Shown: positions 16,376-25,775, counted from the stretch's first letter. The stretch: 64,000 bases of DNA from an uncultured Eggerthella sp. (GCA_959607715.1 CAUHNN010000008.1:18033-82032); one strand, 5' to 3'. Notes: generated by a model not told the origin, from the sequence alone. A program made the numbers and translations.

Positions 16376-17272
16376 TCACATGACAAGCGCAGCGCACAGT
16401 GCATCGAGGAGAACGATGGCGTAGTGCTGCGCAGAACGGGCCTCCCCCGCCCCTTCCCAGCTTTCGAACGGAAGGCGCACGGCGATGCGTCGAGAATGCC
16501 CGCCCTTCGCCTGAAGAGCCTGGTCCAATCGAGAAGAAAGAGAGTCTTCGTCGCCGAATTCCACCGTCGGAACAAGACCGGCGGGATGCTCGTCTCCGAC
16601 GAGGATCTGGATGAAGATCGTCGCGTCATCGGGAGCCACGAGAAGGGAGTCGGCGCTCGTCACCTTAGAGGCGGGGTTGGTGGCCAGGGCGAGGTTGGAG
16701 ATGCGCGCGGCCACCGAACGAGTGAAGTCGCCTACGCCGAACAGGCAGATGAAATGGGATTCGAGGACCTCCGAGGCGCGCGCGAAGCCAAGACGGGGCG
16801 CGGCGCTAAAAGAGCTCTTCCCTTTCCAGGAGTGCTGAAGGTGATCGAGGGCGCGGAAGGTGAATGCGCCGGCGATACCGTCGTCGGGCAAGCCCATGTT
16901 CATCTGGAAGCGGCGAAGCGCAGCCTCCGTATGGGCGCCGAAGATCCCGTCGACATCGCCGCACGAGAAGCCGAGGGTGGAAAGAGCCTGTTGGAGCGTG
17001 TAGACGTCTCGGCCATGGTAAAAGGGCACGCGGAGGTAGAGCGTGCGGTCCCCCAGCGCAAAAGACGCATCGACGAGGCGTCCCCATACCGTGTCGTCGA
17101 CCTCTTCGCGCTCTTCGATGCCGGTTGCCCGACACAATTCGAGAACAGCCGCTGCGGTCGCCTCGTCGAATATGCCACTCGCCCTTCCCTCGTCGAGCAG
17201 CCCTGCCTTAACCAGACGGCGCTGAACGTCTTCGACGGCGGCACCGGTATCGTTTTTCTTAATCGGTTCCAT
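16376..17272 (-). CDS. Peptidoglycan-binding-domain protein with two PG_binding_1-like repeats, an uncharacterised C-terminal domain and no obvious signal peptide
   Basis: Two repeats of the G…V..LQ..L…G……DG.FG..T..A…FQ pattern (GAAVEDVQRRLVKAGLL…DGIFDEATAAAV and YTLQQALSTLGFSCGDVDGIFGAHTEAALRRFQMNMGL). Start chosen at MEPIKKN (17272), just after the upstream gene stop. Confidence 0.6.
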   Translation of the reverse strand: MEPIKKNDTGAAVEDVQRRLVKAGLLDEGRASGIFDEATAAAVLELCRATGIEEREEVDDTVWGRLVDASFALGDRTLYLRVPFYHGRDVYTLQQALSTLGFSCGDVDGIFGAHTEAALRRFQMNMGLPDDGIAGAFTFRALDHLQHSWKGKSSFSAAPRLGFARASEVLESHFICLFGVGDFTRSVAARISNLALATNPASKVTSADSLLVAPDDATIFIQILVGDEHPAGLVPTVEFGDEDSLSSRLDQALQAKGGHSRRIAVRLPFESWEGAGEARSAQHYAIVLLDALCAALVM

Positions 17273-17280
17273 AAGTCTCA

Positions 17281-18420
17281 CTACTTCAATCGATCGACGA
17301 ACCAATCGGCAATGGAAACGAGAAGATCGCGTTCGCGCGAAGCGGGCAACAACCCTACGAGTCGCTCCTTGGCGTTAGTCGTCAGGCCTTCGGCGTATGC
17401 GCGCGCATATTCGATGCTCCCCGATTCCCTCATGATCTCGACGGCTTCATCGAGAAGGGCGGGATCGGTGTGCTTCCCCGAGAGAAGCTCGATCAAGCGT
17501 TCGCGCCGAGAGGAATGGCGCAGAGCGTGAACGACGACGAGCGTGCGCTTGCCCTCGGTGATGTCGCTCCTGAAATCCTTTTCCTTAGCCTCTTTCGTTC
17601 CGATCAGGTTGAGCAGGTCGTCCTGGATCTGGAACGCAAGACCCGTATCGAGGCCGAACGAGCGCAGACCCTCGACGACTTCCTCGCTCGCGCCACCCAC
17701 CATCGCACCGACGGCAAGGGGCACAGCGCCCGAATAGTGAGCCGTCTTATGGGTTGCCATGGCGAGGTAGTCTTCCGGGGAAAGGTCGTAACGACCATCG
17801 CGAGCCCATCCGATATCAAGGGCCTGGCCCTCGACGGTGTGCTGGGCCATCGCCACGAGCTCGATGGCGACGCGAACCTTCATCGAGTCATCGAGAAGGG
17901 GGTCGCGCATAACGATGCCGTTCACAATGGACAGCGCAAGGTCGCCGGAGTTGATCGCCAACCCCTCGCCTTCGGTTAAATGCATGCACGGCTCGCCGCG
18001 ACGCAGCTCCGCCTCATCGGCGATGTCGTCGTGGATGAGCGCAGCTGTATGGAAATGCTCGATAGCAGCCGCAGCGGAAAGCGCGCGCAGATGGTCGCCC
18101 CCCACGGCTCGGCATGCAGCGATGCAGATAAGCGGACGATGGCGCTTGCCGCCGTTGGCGCTGTACTTCATCAAAGGATCGTAGAGATAGCGATCCATGT
18201 CGGGATGGCTGCCGCGAGGGATGTAGGCGTTGATCGCATCGCCGATTCTGTCGGCGAAAAGGGAGAGGTACTCCTCGAAAAGAGAAGAGGATGCGCCCTG
18301 CTCCGCCGACCCGGCGGCGCGGTTTTTCTCGATCTCCTCACACCGTGCCCCGAAATCGGAAAACATACGATCTATTTCCGTTGTGCTGACAGGAGAATCG
18401 CTATATGCCATAAGATTCAA
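17281..18420 (-). CDS. Polyprenyl diphosphate synthase (trans-isoprenyl diphosphate synthase, GGPPS / long-chain type)
   Basis: First Asp-rich motif (FARM) LIHDDIADEAELRRG and second Asp-rich motif (SARM) FQIQDDLLN, plus the conserved GGKRHRP. Confidence 0.85.
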   Translation of the reverse strand: MNLMAYSDSPVSTTEIDRMFSDFGARCEEIEKNRAAGSAEQGASSSLFEEYLSLFADRIGDAINAYIPRGSHPDMDRYLYDPLMKYSANGGKRHRPLICIAACRAVGGDHLRALSAAAAIEHFHTAALIHDDIADEAELRRGEPCMHLTEGEGLAINSGDLALSIVNGIVMRDPLLDDSMKVRVAIELVAMAQHTVEGQALDIGWARDGRYDLSPEDYLAMATHKTAHYSGAVPLAVGAMVGGASEEVVEGLRSFGLDTGLAFQIQDDLLNLIGTKEAKEKDFRSDITEGKRTLVVVHALRHSSRRERLIELLSGKHTDPALLDEAVEIMRESGSIEYARAYAEGLTTNAKERLVGLLPASRERDLLVSIADWFVDRLK

Positions 18421-18473
18421 ACGCTTTCACGATAAGAGCCGTACATAGTAATCAGCTTGATCAGAAAAGAAGC

Positions 18474-18558
18474 TGGTAGGAGCGGTGGGGCTCGAACCCA
18501 CAAGCCCGAAGGCGGCGGATTTTAAGTCCGCTGCGTATGCCGATTTCGCCACGCTCCC
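18474..18558 (-). tRNA. tRNA-Leu (anticodon UAA), type II with a long variable arm
   Basis: Minus-strand read: GGGAGCGTGGCGAAATCGGCATACGCAGCGGACTTAAAATCCGCCGCCTTCGGGCTTGTGGGTTCGAGCCCCACCGCTCCTACCA. It has a 7-bp acceptor stem, 3-bp D stem, anticodon loop CUUAAAA (anticodon UAA), T-arm GTGGG-TTCGAGC-CCCAC and an encoded CCA. Confidence 0.85.
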
Positions 18559-18638
18559 ACGTCGTTTCAAGACACAAGCTCTATCATGATAGCAAAGTTT
18601 CGCGCGCTTTCCTTTCAAGCGCCGTGCGAAACGAAGCG

Positions 18639-19583
18639 TCACTCGCCCGCAGCACGCTCGAGGATCATGCCCTGGAGGATGTCGGATTCGCTCACCGTGA
18701 AACGATCAAGCCCAAGAGCGGCAAGCACCTCCTGAAGGATGACGCTGCCCGCGACGATCACGCCGGCGCGCTTCGGCTCAAGGCCGACAATGAGCTTGCG
18801 CTGCTCGAGGGGAACCGATGCGAACGCTTCGTGGACGCGATCGAGCGTAGCCCGATCGACGACGGTGCCCTGGACACGCTCGGGGTCGTAGCGCACCATG
18901 CGGCGATCGACCGAAACGATGCTCGTCGCCGTGCCCGCAACGGCCACCATCCGATCAGGTAGGCACCCTAACCGGTAGGCCTCTTCGAAAACAGGATCGA
19001 ACTCAGAGGCTATCCACCTGCGCGCTTCGACGATCTCGCGATCGACGGGAGGGTCCATCGAAAGAAAACGCTCGGTGACGCGGCGGCATCCGATGTTGAA
19101 GCTGTGCGCGAACATCGGCGCTTTGCCGGCCTCGCCGAAAACGACCTCCGTGGAGCCTCCGCCGATATCGACCAGGGCGATGCTCTGCCCCTCAAAGCCC
19201 CGTGAAGCGCCCTTGAACGACAAACGCGCCTCGGTGTCCCCATCCACAACGTCGACGAAAACCCCCAGATCAGCGAGGCGATCGACGAGAACCGACGCGT
19301 TTGACGCATCGCGGCAGGCGCTCGTCGCAACGGCCACAAGAGGTATCTCGCAGCCTTCGCTCAGAGCAAGGCCATCGACGATCGAGCGGTATTCAGCGAT
19401 TCGGGAAACGGCGCGGTCAATGGCATCCAGACGAAGGAGGCCGGTTTTGTCGACCCCGATCCCTAGATTCACGATTTCGCAGCGGCGCGCCAGCTCGCGA
19501 AGATCCCCATCGCGCACCTCGGCGACGAGAAGGCGGCACGTGACCGTGCCGATGTCTATGGCTGCAACGCGCTTACGCTCCAT
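18639..19583 (-). CDS. ppx: Ppx/GppA family phosphatase (exopolyphosphatase / guanosine pentaphosphate phosphohydrolase)
   Basis: ASKHA-fold motifs: VAAIDIGTVTCRLLVAEV, LGIGVDKTGLL and DIGGGSTEVVFG. Start chosen at MERKRVAAIDIG. The track ORF extends 54 nt further upstream into the ftsB-like gene. Confidence 0.8.
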   Translation of the reverse strand: MERKRVAAIDIGTVTCRLLVAEVRDGDLRELARRCEIVNLGIGVDKTGLLRLDAIDRAVSRIAEYRSIVDGLALSEGCEIPLVAVATSACRDASNASVLVDRLADLGVFVDVVDGDTEARLSFKGASRGFEGQSIALVDIGGGSTEVVFGEAGKAPMFAHSFNIGCRRVTERFLSMDPPVDREIVEARRWIASEFDPVFEEAYRLGCLPDRMVAVAGTATSIVSVDRRMVRYDPERVQGTVVDRATLDRVHEAFASVPLEQRKLIVGLEPKRAGVIVAGSVILQEVLAALGLDRFTVSESDILQGMILERAAGE

Positions 19584-20535
19584 AGCCGAACACCACGTCG
19601 AGGATGCCGGAATACCACGTGCTCGGCGCTGCGACATCGCCTTCCTCGACCGGATAGGCGATGTCGTCGGAATCGGTGTCGGTCGGCGTGACCGTCACCC
19701 CTTCGACGGTAGCGGTGTGCTCGTCTTTGCGCATGAGCCCTAGATCGGAGCGCGCCCGATCCTCGATGCCCTCATCGGTGTTGAGGTAATCGACACGCGC
19801 CTGCATTTCCTGATTGTAGGAAACGAGTTCGTCGTATTCCGCTTGAAGCTGCTGGAGATGACGAGTCTCGTTGTAGTAGTTCGCACACGGGGGGTAGAGC
19901 ATGACGCAAGCGAACGCCACCACGACCGTGACAGCGAGCGCACGCATGGCGAGCTGCGAAGGCGAAGCGAACGCGGAGAGCAGGCTCGAGATCGAGAAAC
20001 CGAACGAAGAGCGCTCTTTGGCCGAAGTCTGCATGCGGGCGGACTTCCGATGCGTTCCGCCCATACGCATCTCGTACACGGCGGCACGGCTCGCCTCAGG
20101 AGCGTCGACCCTCGCCCGTTCGCGCTCCCGCTTGCCTATCGTCCTGTCGTAGGCGCGCTCCGCCTTGACGGATCGAAAGCGTTTTCTGATCTCATCGGCG
20201 AACGCGGCATTCGCGCCCGCCTGGCGGGCGCGAGGACGAAAATCCCCTTCGACTCCACGACGATCGGCGACTGCGCGAGGACGCCGAGAGTCACGCGACG
20301 AGCGGTCAACGCGGCGCGATGCGGTCTCGACGCGCGAAGATCGCCGCTCGTCGACGCGAGGAGCGGCATGACGCGGCGCCGCATGGGAAGGACGCGAAGC
20401 GCGCACGTGACGAGAAGAGCCCTCATGGGCTCTGACCTCGTCAAACGACAATATATTCGCTCTGCGCGTCACGAAAAGACATATCCCTTCGGCATCTGGG
20501 TTCGATTGAGTAGTGCGGGTAATGCTGAAAGTCAC
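19573..20535 (-). CDS. FtsB/DivIC-like septum formation initiator with a long Arg-rich N-terminal region; the true start is uncertain
   Basis: The C-terminal part has one TM segment (LAVTVVVAFACVMLY) followed by a coiled coil (LQQLQAEYDELVSYNQEMQARVDYL) and an acidic tail, which is the FtsB/DivIC architecture. The ftsB-like then ppx order is conserved in Actinomycetota. The track ORF starts at GTG 20535 without a convincing SD; internal ATGs (MRMGG, MQTSAKE) are alternatives. Confidence 0.5.
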   Translation of the reverse strand: MTFSITRTTQSNPDAEGICLFVTRRANILSFDEVRAHEGSSRHVRASRPSHAAPRHAAPRVDERRSSRVETASRRVDRSSRDSRRPRAVADRRGVEGDFRPRARQAGANAAFADEIRKRFRSVKAERAYDRTIGKRERERARVDAPEASRAAVYEMRMGGTHRKSARMQTSAKERSSFGFSISSLLSAFASPSQLAMRALAVTVVVAFACVMLYPPCANYYNETRHLQQLQAEYDELVSYNQEMQARVDYLNTDEGIEDRARSDLGLMRKDEHTATVEGVTVTPTDTDSDDIAYPVEEGDVAAPSTWYSGILDVVFGYGA

Positions 20536-20574
20536 TCAACTATACCACAGCCCATCGGCCCCGAAATAAGGAGC

Positions 20575-20609
20575 CCAAAAGAAAAGAAGACCACACAAAT
20601 GCGGTCTTC
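20575..20609 (-). terminator. Putative terminator downstream of yebC
   Basis: Hairpin gaagacc…ggtcttc, followed on the minus strand by ttttcttttgg. A second GC hairpin (cctgcg…cgcagg, 20618-20637) lies just upstream. Confidence 0.5.
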
Positions 20610-20658
20610 TCCCCAGTACCTGCGAGGATCCGCGCAGGCGTATTTTCCTCAAGCGAGA

Positions 20659-21456
20659 TTAGTCCTCGGCCAAAGCCTCGGCGATCTCGTCGGTGATGTC
20701 CATGGCGTGATAGACGTTCTGAAGGTCTTCGAGCTCTTCAAGCTTATCGATAAGGCGCATGACCTTCTTGGCGTCCGAGACGGAAACCTCAGCGGGAGTA
20801 GTGGGCTCCATGATGAACTCGGCGCCCTTCACGATGATGCCCTGCTCCTCGAGTCCCTTCTTAACGGACATGAGGTCGGTCGGCGCGGTGTAGACGATCC
20901 ACTCCTCGTCGGCGTCTTCGTAGTCGCTTCCGCCGGCCTCGGCGACAGCGAGCATGAACTCGTCTTCATCGACCGCGTTTTCTTTGTCGGCGACCTTCTT
21001 TTCCTCGCTCTTGATGATCTTCTCGACGAGGATCTGTCCCTTGCGCTCGAACTGGAATGCGACAGAGCCCGAGGTGCCGAGGTTGCCGCCGTGATGGTTG
21101 AACGCAGCACGAACATCGGCAGCGGTGCGATTGCGGTTGTCGGTCAAGGCTTCGCAGTAAACGGCTACGCCACACGGACCGTACCCTTCGTAAACGACCG
21201 TTTCGTAGTTCGCGGCATCCTTGCCGGAGCCGAAGGCCTTGTCGATAGCGGTCTTGATCTTATCCTTGGGAAGAGAGTAGCTCTTCGCCTTGTCGATCGC
21301 AGCCGCAAGGGATGCGTTGTTGTCGGGGTTGGGGTCGCCGCCTTCCTTGGCTGCAACGGTGATGTTGCGGGAAAGCTTAGAGAACAATGCGGAACGCTTG
21401 GCGTCCTGGGCCGCCTTACGATGCTTGGTGGTAGCCCACTTTGAGTGCCCTGACAT
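20659..21456 (-). CDS. yebC: YebC/PmpR family DNA-binding transcriptional regulator
   Basis: Starts MSGHSKWATTKHRKAAQDAKR (canonical YebC N-terminus). The track ORF carries a spurious 38-codon upstream extension. Confidence 0.85.
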   Translation of the reverse strand: MSGHSKWATTKHRKAAQDAKRSALFSKLSRNITVAAKEGGDPNPDNNASLAAAIDKAKSYSLPKDKIKTAIDKAFGSGKDAANYETVVYEGYGPCGVAVYCEALTDNRNRTAADVRAAFNHHGGNLGTSGSVAFQFERKGQILVEKIIKSEEKKVADKENAVDEDEFMLAVAEAGGSDYEDADEEWIVYTAPTDLMSVKKGLEEQGIIVKGAEFIMEPTTPAEVSVSDAKKVMRLIDKLEELEDLQNVYHAMDITDEIAEALAED

Positions 21457-21620
21457 ATACCATACCTTTCGAATGCGTGATAATCCAACTGGGCATTTTA
21501 GCATACGAAAGGGGGAGCGTTTCGCAAGACCACGACAGTCTCCACGGAAATACAGGAGCCCCTTGCGCAAGGTTCCACCGGAGAAACCTGCCTGTGCGCT
21601 CTTTGCTACACTAAGCGATC

Positions 21621-22502
21621 ATGACCATGCTCCTAACAGATCCACAAGACCCGCGGCTGTCGGTGTTCTCCTCCATGACCGACAGCGAGCTTCGCGATCC
21701 CAAGCAACTCATCGGCCTCGCACGCACGACCGGCGACGCGAACGTGATGAGGGGCATATTCATCGCGGAATCCCGCAACGTCATCGAGCGGGCCATCGCC
21801 TCCGGCTGCCTGCCTTTCGCCATCGTCTCCGAAAACCGATGGCGAAAGGCAGCAGAGCAGATCGCCGAGGAAACGTCAGCCCCCACTCTTTTCGTGGGAA
21901 CGCACGCTCAGGTCGCCGCCATCACCGGCATCGAACGGACGAGAGGGCCACTTGCCGCATTCTACCGCCCCGAGCCGCTTGATCCCCGCGCGCTGATCGA
22001 AGGCTCCCGACGCGTCGCCGTGCTCGAGAACATAGCGAACCATACCAACGTCGGCGCCATCTTCCGCTCGGCCGCCGCCTTGGGAATCGATGCGATCCTC
22101 GTGACGCCTGGATGCCACGATCCCTTCTATAGACGAGCCGCCCGCGTATCGATGGGCACGGTGTTCCAGGTTCCCTGGGCGCGCATCGGAACATCCGCCG
22201 ATTGGGCGAACGAAGGAATCGACCTGCTGAAGAAGAAAGGATTCACCACCGCCGCACTCGCGCTCGAAGAGAATTCCCTGCGATTGCAAGACCCCCGCAT
22301 CGCGCATGCCGACAGGCTCGCTCTCGTCCTGGGCACCGAAGGCGATGGGCTCATGGCGAGCACCATCGCAGCATGCGATCACACCGTCATGATTCCCATG
22401 GCGCACGGAGTCGACTCCCTCAACGTCGCCGCCGCGAGCGCCGTCGCATTCTGGGAAACCTGCGCCAGAGACGTCTCGGCCTTCCCGCCAACCGGGCGCT
22501 GA
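21621..22502 (+). CDS. TrmH/SpoU family RNA 2'-O-methyltransferase (RlmB/TrmH-like)
   Basis: SPOUT motifs …VLENIANHTNVGAIFRSAAALGIDAIL… and …LALVLGTEGDGL…VMIPMAHGVDSLNVAAASAVAFWE. A -10-like TACACT sits 8 nt before the ATG with no SD, so the mRNA is probably leaderless. Confidence 0.8.
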   Translation: MTMLLTDPQDPRLSVFSSMTDSELRDPKQLIGLARTTGDANVMRGIFIAESRNVIERAIASGCLPFAIVSENRWRKAAEQIAEETSAPTLFVGTHAQVAAITGIERTRGPLAAFYRPEPLDPRALIEGSRRVAVLENIANHTNVGAIFRSAAALGIDAILVTPGCHDPFYRRAARVSMGTVFQVPWARIGTSADWANEGIDLLKKKGFTTAALALEENSLRLQDPRIAHADRLALVLGTEGDGLMASTIAACDHTVMIPMAHGVDSLNVAAASAVAFWETCARDVSAFPPTGR

Positions 22503-22517
22503 CAGCTCCCTCGACAT

Positions 22518-22552
22518 GAAAAAGCGGGCCCTCCCACTGCGAGAGGACCCGC
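22518..22552 (-). terminator. Rho-independent terminator downstream of glmM, in the convergent gap with trmH
   Basis: Stem gcgggccctc/gaggacccgc (10 bp, 1 mismatch) with loop ccactgc. On the minus strand it is followed by tttttt (plus-strand aaaaa at 22519-22523). Confidence 0.6.
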
Positions 22553-22585
22553 TGACGCTTCAAGAGGGCAACCTGAACGGCAAAT

Positions 22586-23926
22586 CTAGACGCCTTGCTC
22601 CTTTTCGACGACCGCTGCGATGGCGCTGGCGACGCGATGAGCCTCTTCATGGGTAGCCGCCTCAACCATAACGCGGACAAGAGGTTCCGTGCCGCTTGGA
22701 CGCACGAGGATTCGACCGCTCGAAGCGAGCTCCTCTTCGCTCTTTCGGATGGCCGCGGCGATCACGTCGTCCTCGAGAGCCGCCGCCTTGTCCCTTACCT
22801 GGACGTTGATCAGCTCCTGCGGGAAGCGCTTCATCACGCTAGCCGTCTCCGAAACGGGGCGCCCGTGGCGCACGCACGCCGAAAGGAACTGGCATGCGGT
22901 AACCAAGCCGTCGCCGGTGGAATTGTGGCGCAGGAAGATCATGTGGCCACTCTGCTCGCCGCCGAGAGCGTAGCCGCCCGCCCTCAGCTGGCCGAGAACG
23001 TAGCGATCGCCCACCTGGGTCTGGATGACGTCGATGCCGGCCTCTTCCATGCAGCGAACGAAGCCCAGGTTGCACATAACCGTCGAAACGACCGTATTGC
23101 TCGGAAGCATACCGCGATCTTTCAAGTCGAGCGCGCATACGGCCTCGACGACATCGCCGTCGATTTCCCCGCCGTTTTCGTCGACGAACATGACGCGATC
23201 GGCATCCCCGTCGTGGGCGATGCCGATGGAGGCGCCCGTCGCGGCGACGAGGTTCTTTAGCGGATCAAGGTGCGTCGATCCGCACTTCACGTTGATATCG
23301 GTGCCCGTGAAGTCGTCGTTGATCGCGATCACCTCCGCACCGAGCTCTTCGAGGGCGCGCTGCGTCGTGAAAGAGGCCGCGCCGTGGCCCGTATCGAGTG
23401 CGATCTTCATCCCTTCGAAAGAGATCCCCTCTTCCCGAACGATCTCGACGGCATGATCGATGTAGAGCTCGCATGCGTTCTCGACGGCAACGACGACCCC
23501 GACTTCATCGCCTCGGGGAAGGTCGTGGCTCGAAGGGCCCCCCTTCTCAACGAACGCCTCGATGGACTCCTCGACAGCGTCGGGAAGCTTGAATCCCTGA
23601 CCGTCGAAGAATTTGATCCCGTTGTACTCGGGCGGATTATGCGACGCGCTGATGACGATGCCGCCGTCGGCGCACAGCTCCCTAACGAGAAACGCCACGC
23701 CCGGCGTCGGGATGATCCCGGCCGCAAGCACCGTCCCGCCGCGACTCATGATGCCCGCATTGAGAGCCGCTTCGAGCATGTCCCCCGAAAGACGCGTGTC
23801 TTTGCCGACCACGATCGTCCTGCCGAGGAACTCAACGGCCGCCTGACCGAGCTTGAAGGCGACGTCGCAGGTTAGTTCGGTGTTGGCAACGCCACGCGCG
23901 CCATCGGTACCGAAGAGCTTAGCCAT
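22586..23926 (-). CDS. glmM: Phosphoglucosamine mutase
   Basis: MAKLFGTDGARGVAN start, phosphoserine loop …ISASHNPPEYNGIKF…, and metal-binding DGDADR. Confidence 0.9.
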   Translation of the reverse strand: MAKLFGTDGARGVANTELTCDVAFKLGQAAVEFLGRTIVVGKDTRLSGDMLEAALNAGIMSRGGTVLAAGIIPTPGVAFLVRELCADGGIVISASHNPPEYNGIKFFDGQGFKLPDAVEESIEAFVEKGGPSSHDLPRGDEVGVVVAVENACELYIDHAVEIVREEGISFEGMKIALDTGHGAASFTTQRALEELGAEVIAINDDFTGTDINVKCGSTHLDPLKNLVAATGASIGIAHDGDADRVMFVDENGGEIDGDVVEAVCALDLKDRGMLPSNTVVSTVMCNLGFVRCMEEAGIDVIQTQVGDRYVLGQLRAGGYALGGEQSGHMIFLRHNSTGDGLVTACQFLSACVRHGRPVSETASVMKRFPQELINVQVRDKAAALEDDVIAAAIRKSEEELASSGRILVRPSGTEPLVRVMVEAATHEEAHRVASAIAAVVEKEQGV

Positions 23927-23938
23927 GGTAAACCCTTT

Positions 23939-24361
23939 CTACTCAACGTGATTGCCGCGGTTGATGTGCCCCTTCTTCAGCAGCACCACCCCGCCGCGCA
24001 GCGCGATCTCGTCTTCGGTCATACGAGAATTGAGCTCAGCCGCGAATTCATCGAGGGAAATGCCCACGCGCTCAAGAAGAACCATGAGATGATAGACGAC
24101 GTCGCCCGCTTCGTAGCGAAGGTGATCGACCTCGGCCGAGTCCCCCTCATTCGCGACGACATCCTTGGCCGCAAGCGTCGTCTCGTGGGCCTCTTCGACG
24201 AGTTTCTTCAGCAAGACGTCGATATCGCCTTCGAGAAGACGGTAGGTGTAGCTTCCCTCCCCCGCCGACCTGCGGTCATGAATGGTGCGGGACAGAGATT
24301 CGAGCGATGAGCCGATCTGGCTTTCCGGCGCCGGTCGATCATCGGAGTAGTACGTTTTCAT
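23939..24361 (-). CDS. hisE: Phosphoribosyl-ATP pyrophosphohydrolase (HisE, MazG-like all-alpha NTP-PPase), stand-alone
   Basis: …GSYTYRLLEGDIDVLLKKLVEEAHETTLAAKD…EAGDVVYHLMVLLERVGISLDEF matches the HisE EExxE…E/D helices. It lies 12 nt upstream of glmM. Confidence 0.7.
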   Translation of the reverse strand: MKTYYSDDRPAPESQIGSSLESLSRTIHDRRSAGEGSYTYRLLEGDIDVLLKKLVEEAHETTLAAKDVVANEGDSAEVDHLRYEAGDVVYHLMVLLERVGISLDEFAAELNSRMTEDEIALRGGVVLLKKGHINRGNHVE

Positions 24362-24425
24362 GTTTAATTCCCTCTCGATTATTCAGATACCGTCTAGAAT
24401 AACGCACCTTCCGGGTGCTTCATTT

Positions 24426-25727
24426 CTAGAGCTTCGCCAGAATGGCATCGCGGGCTCGGCAGGTCTCGTACTGCGCCCGCTCGACGTCGATCGTCGGATA
24501 AGCCCCGTCGCGATACGCCACCGAACCGTCGACCATCGTGAGAACGACATCGCTTCCCTGGGCGGAATAGACAAGGTTACTCGCCGCGCTGCCCAGAGGC
24601 TGCATCCAAGGCGTGTCGACATCGAGAACGACCAGGTCGGCTCGACAACCCTCCTCGATGCATCCGCAATCGGTCCTTCCCTGGGAAAGCGCACCGCAGC
24701 GCGTCGATGCGTGGATGACGTCCTCAGCGGAAAGGCCAACAGGCGTGCAATCGCTTGCGCGCTGCATGAGAGCGAGGAGGTACATGTCGGAAAACATGTT
24801 GTGGTTGTTGTTGCTCGCGACTCCATCGGTACCCAAAGCCACGTTCACGCCAGCAGCGCGCATGGCGGCGACATCGGCGATCCCGCTGCCAAGCTTCGCG
24901 TTCGAAGCGGGGCACGTGGCGACGAATACGCCCTTTTCGGCCAGAATCGCGAAATCCCCTTCCTCGAGCCATACGCAATGCGCTGCCGTGGTGGGGGCAT
25001 CGAAAAGGCCGCAGTCAGCCAGATAGCGCACGGGGGTCTTGCCATCATGGCGCTCCTTGCATGCAGCGACCTCCGATGACGTCTCGCTCACGTGGACCTG
25101 CATGCGCAGACCCTGATCGAGCGTCGCTTCGGCCAGCGTGCGGACGATTCTCTCAGTCGAAGTGTATTCGGCATGGAGGTTGTAATCGACGAGAAGTCGG
25201 CCGTCTGCGGCACCATGGTATTCACGAACGAGTCTCTCGTTGAGGAAAGCATGGGGCAGATCGGCATAGGAAGCGTCGGGGTCGAAGCAGATGACGCTAT
25301 CCCCGAGATTGCACTTGATCCCCGATTCGATGATCGCGCGCGCTCGAGCGTCGGAGTGATAGTACATATCGGAAAACGAAACGACCCCGAAGCGCAGCAT
25401 CTCGGCTATGCCGAGAAGAGACGCATAATAGGCGTCAGAGTCCTCGATGAGATCCTCGAACGGAAAGATCGCCTCGTTGAGCCAACGATCAAGGGGGAGG
25501 TTCTCTCCCCGTCCGCGCAAAAGCGTCATCGGCACATGGGCATGGGCGTTGTACAAGCCAGGCATGAGAAGCTTCCCGCTTCCGTCATAGCGCTCATCGT
25601 AGGAGCCCGACGGAGCATGGTCGCCGATGTAGTCGATGCGACCTTCGCTCACGCCTACCCATCGATGGTCGAAGGCCGTGCCCCGATGATCAACCATCGA
25701 GATATCCTCGAAAAGAAACGAGCCCAT
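24426..25727 (-). CDS. Amidohydrolase-superfamily deaminase (MtaD/TRZ-ATZ family, 5-methylthioadenosine/S-adenosylhomocysteine deaminase-like)
   Basis: Metal-binding HxH (LYNAHAHVPMTLLRG), …HVSETSSEV…, …GTDGVASNNNHNMF… and C-terminal …DLVVLD…; length 433 aa. Confidence 0.75.
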   Translation of the reverse strand: MGSFLFEDISMVDHRGTAFDHRWVGVSEGRIDYIGDHAPSGSYDERYDGSGKLLMPGLYNAHAHVPMTLLRGRGENLPLDRWLNEAIFPFEDLIEDSDAYYASLLGIAEMLRFGVVSFSDMYYHSDARARAIIESGIKCNLGDSVICFDPDASYADLPHAFLNERLVREYHGAADGRLLVDYNLHAEYTSTERIVRTLAEATLDQGLRMQVHVSETSSEVAACKERHDGKTPVRYLADCGLFDAPTTAAHCVWLEEGDFAILAEKGVFVATCPASNAKLGSGIADVAAMRAAGVNVALGTDGVASNNNHNMFSDMYLLALMQRASDCTPVGLSAEDVIHASTRCGALSQGRTDCGCIEEGCRADLVVLDVDTPWMQPLGSAASNLVYSAQGSDVVLTMVDGSVAYRDGAYPTIDVERAQYETCRARDAILAKL

Positions 25728-25775
25728 AGAGCCCCCTTTCCCTGGTGCAGCAGACGAGATGCACCCAGATACGAA

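Noticed and set aside
20618-20637. Second small hairpin cctgcg-aggatccg-cgcagg just downstream of yebC
   Set aside because: It has a short 6-bp stem and no adjacent U-run on the yebC strand. The adjacent hairpin at 20575-20609 with a T-run is the more plausible terminator.
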